A DNA stretch of 64,000 nucleotides, taken from contig NC_043001.1 in the NCBI RefSeq assembly GCF_006345805.1, forward strand, positions 45,880,001 through 45,944,000, in the 5' to 3' direction. The position numbers and the translations under genes are program-made. The notes under the pieces were generated by a model, which was not told the DNA's origin, did not search any database, and saw nothing but the letters and a program-made list of their open reading frames with translations. The stretch's first letter is position 1, and every line of letters starts with the position of its first letter. This document shows, one piece after another, positions 62,371 to 64,000 of the stretch. This stretch comes from Octopus sinensis. Lineage: Eukaryota.

Positions 62371-64000
62371 ATAACAGTTATGTATTGGTGATAACTCAGC
62401 TAATATTATCTTTCAACGCATTGTGTCAACATGGCAAACAATTATTTTAATTTAATAGGTCTCAGATAGGAAATTTTCAATTTTAAACAATTAAGATTTA
62501 TGAGTGCAGGCATGGCTCAGCAGGGTTAAGAAGCTCACCTTGGAACTACACAGTTAGGGGCTCAATCCCACTGTGTAGACACTGTTAGTTGGCATCTTCT
62601 GCAACTGCTGCAGGTTGACCAATATGTTGTAAGTGAAATTGGCTGAAGGAAATTGGAAGAATCCTGTTGTCTATGTGCATGTGATTGACTGCATATTCTC
62701 CCCCATCTTGTCATGTGTGTGATGACTGTAAACAAAAGCCTCACCATTCATACAGTGTCGTTTATTTGCAGTCTTCCGCAAAAGTATGTCTGGGTTTCTT
62801 GCTGTTTGATAGACTAGTGGATTAGTACCTTACTAAGAAACAGATGAAGATTAGCATCAGAAAGGGAAACATTCTACTTCAAAAAAGTCTCATCTGAGCC
62901 CACTTAAATATGAAAAAGTAGCTGTTAAAACAATGATGATAATGATGGTTGTTTTGAAAATTTGGTTTTTGTTTTGTGTTCAAATACATGTTTTGATAAA
63001 TTTGCAAATTCTATTGAGGTCTGTATATGCATATTTCTGCCTATGTAAAGTAATCCATTTTAGTAACAAGAATTGCATGAATGTCAATGATGTTTTGTTT
63101 ATTAGAGAAAAGATATTTGGATAAAGATATTTAAATTTAACTATAAAAATAAAAATAGAATAAATATGGAGTATGTTTTTAAACAAATCTAATGACCATT
63201 GAGATATTACACACCAAAATAAGAAAAAAAGTGGGGTTGTTGAAAAATAACCTTTTAAACACACCCAAAAGTTTTTAGAATTTGTCAAGTCATTGGAAAA
63301 AAAAACAAATCAAATGCCTGACCTGCCAAAATCTATAAATATAAATTCAAAGCATGTTTGTATAGTTTCAGTATCAAAATATCAAGTCTAAAAGTCTAAC
63401 TTTTAAATCCTGTAGAGAATTCTTCAGTTCAAAATTATCCTACCGCCTTGTGCCTATCTCCTTACTCCTACCCACTCCTTTCCTCCTCCTCCTCCCACTG
63501 TCTATTTCCTTGGTTACTACTGTTTGGTTCCAAAAACTGATACTTTGCATTCACCCTTCTCTGGAGAGTTAGAAGGGATGAGGGGGTGGGTGGAGACTGT
63601 GATGGTAGTAGGGGTAATTTTGGTGTCAGTGGTTGAAACAGTGGTGGTCGAGGTGGTGGTGGTGGTGATGATGATGATGGTAAAAGTTAGTAGTTATAGT
63701 GATATCAGAAATAGATATCACATACCAAACACTTCACAGACCTAACACACTTGTATAGCACAAACACCCCCAAAACACCCAAAGCACAATACACACAAAA
63801 CAGACAAGAAAAACATTCACATATCAAGACCACCGTGCATAAAATTACACTTACGAGACACATTCACACATATGAATGCGTTTCTTAAATTCAAAACTAG
63901 AATTAAAAAAAGATTTACCTCCCAAGAATTTGAAACCCTCTCTAAGACCCTTAAGTAAAAACTATTCTAGTAGTATGAGATGCAGTGACAGCTGCCTTCG

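Overview
AT-rich, microsatellite- and repeat-dense eukaryotic DNA. The SINE and LINE families look like those of Octopus (coleoid cephalopod); this is recalled, not searched. Most of the window is tRNA-derived SINEs, RTE 3' tails, decayed RTE, CR1-like and L1/Tx1-like LINEs, TTAA- and 8-bp-TSD MITEs, fold-back elements and simple repeats. Nearly all ORFs in the supplied track are microsatellite or repeat artefacts. Main signals: (1) Two Penelope-like (Naiad-type) retroelement remnants: a GIY-YIG 3' end at 2.8-3.9 kb, and a 5'-truncated RT+GIY-YIG copy at 10.8-13.7 kb with a ~170-aa in-frame Asn-rich insert. (2) Seven type I hammerhead ribozyme (HHR) motifs from five repeat families. One has an intact core (3781-3869). 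A ~200-bp non-coding repeat (three copies, two forming a long inverted pair) has the core GUGAACA, i.e. a compensatory G3:C8 swap of the catalytic C3:G8 pair. (3) A hand-assembled, partly phase-consistent, incomplete multi-exon minus-strand gene at 46-55 kb that the ORF track largely misses, plus several isolated candidate terminal exons at 18-36 kb. No CRISPR arrays, rRNA or bona fide tRNA genes were found.
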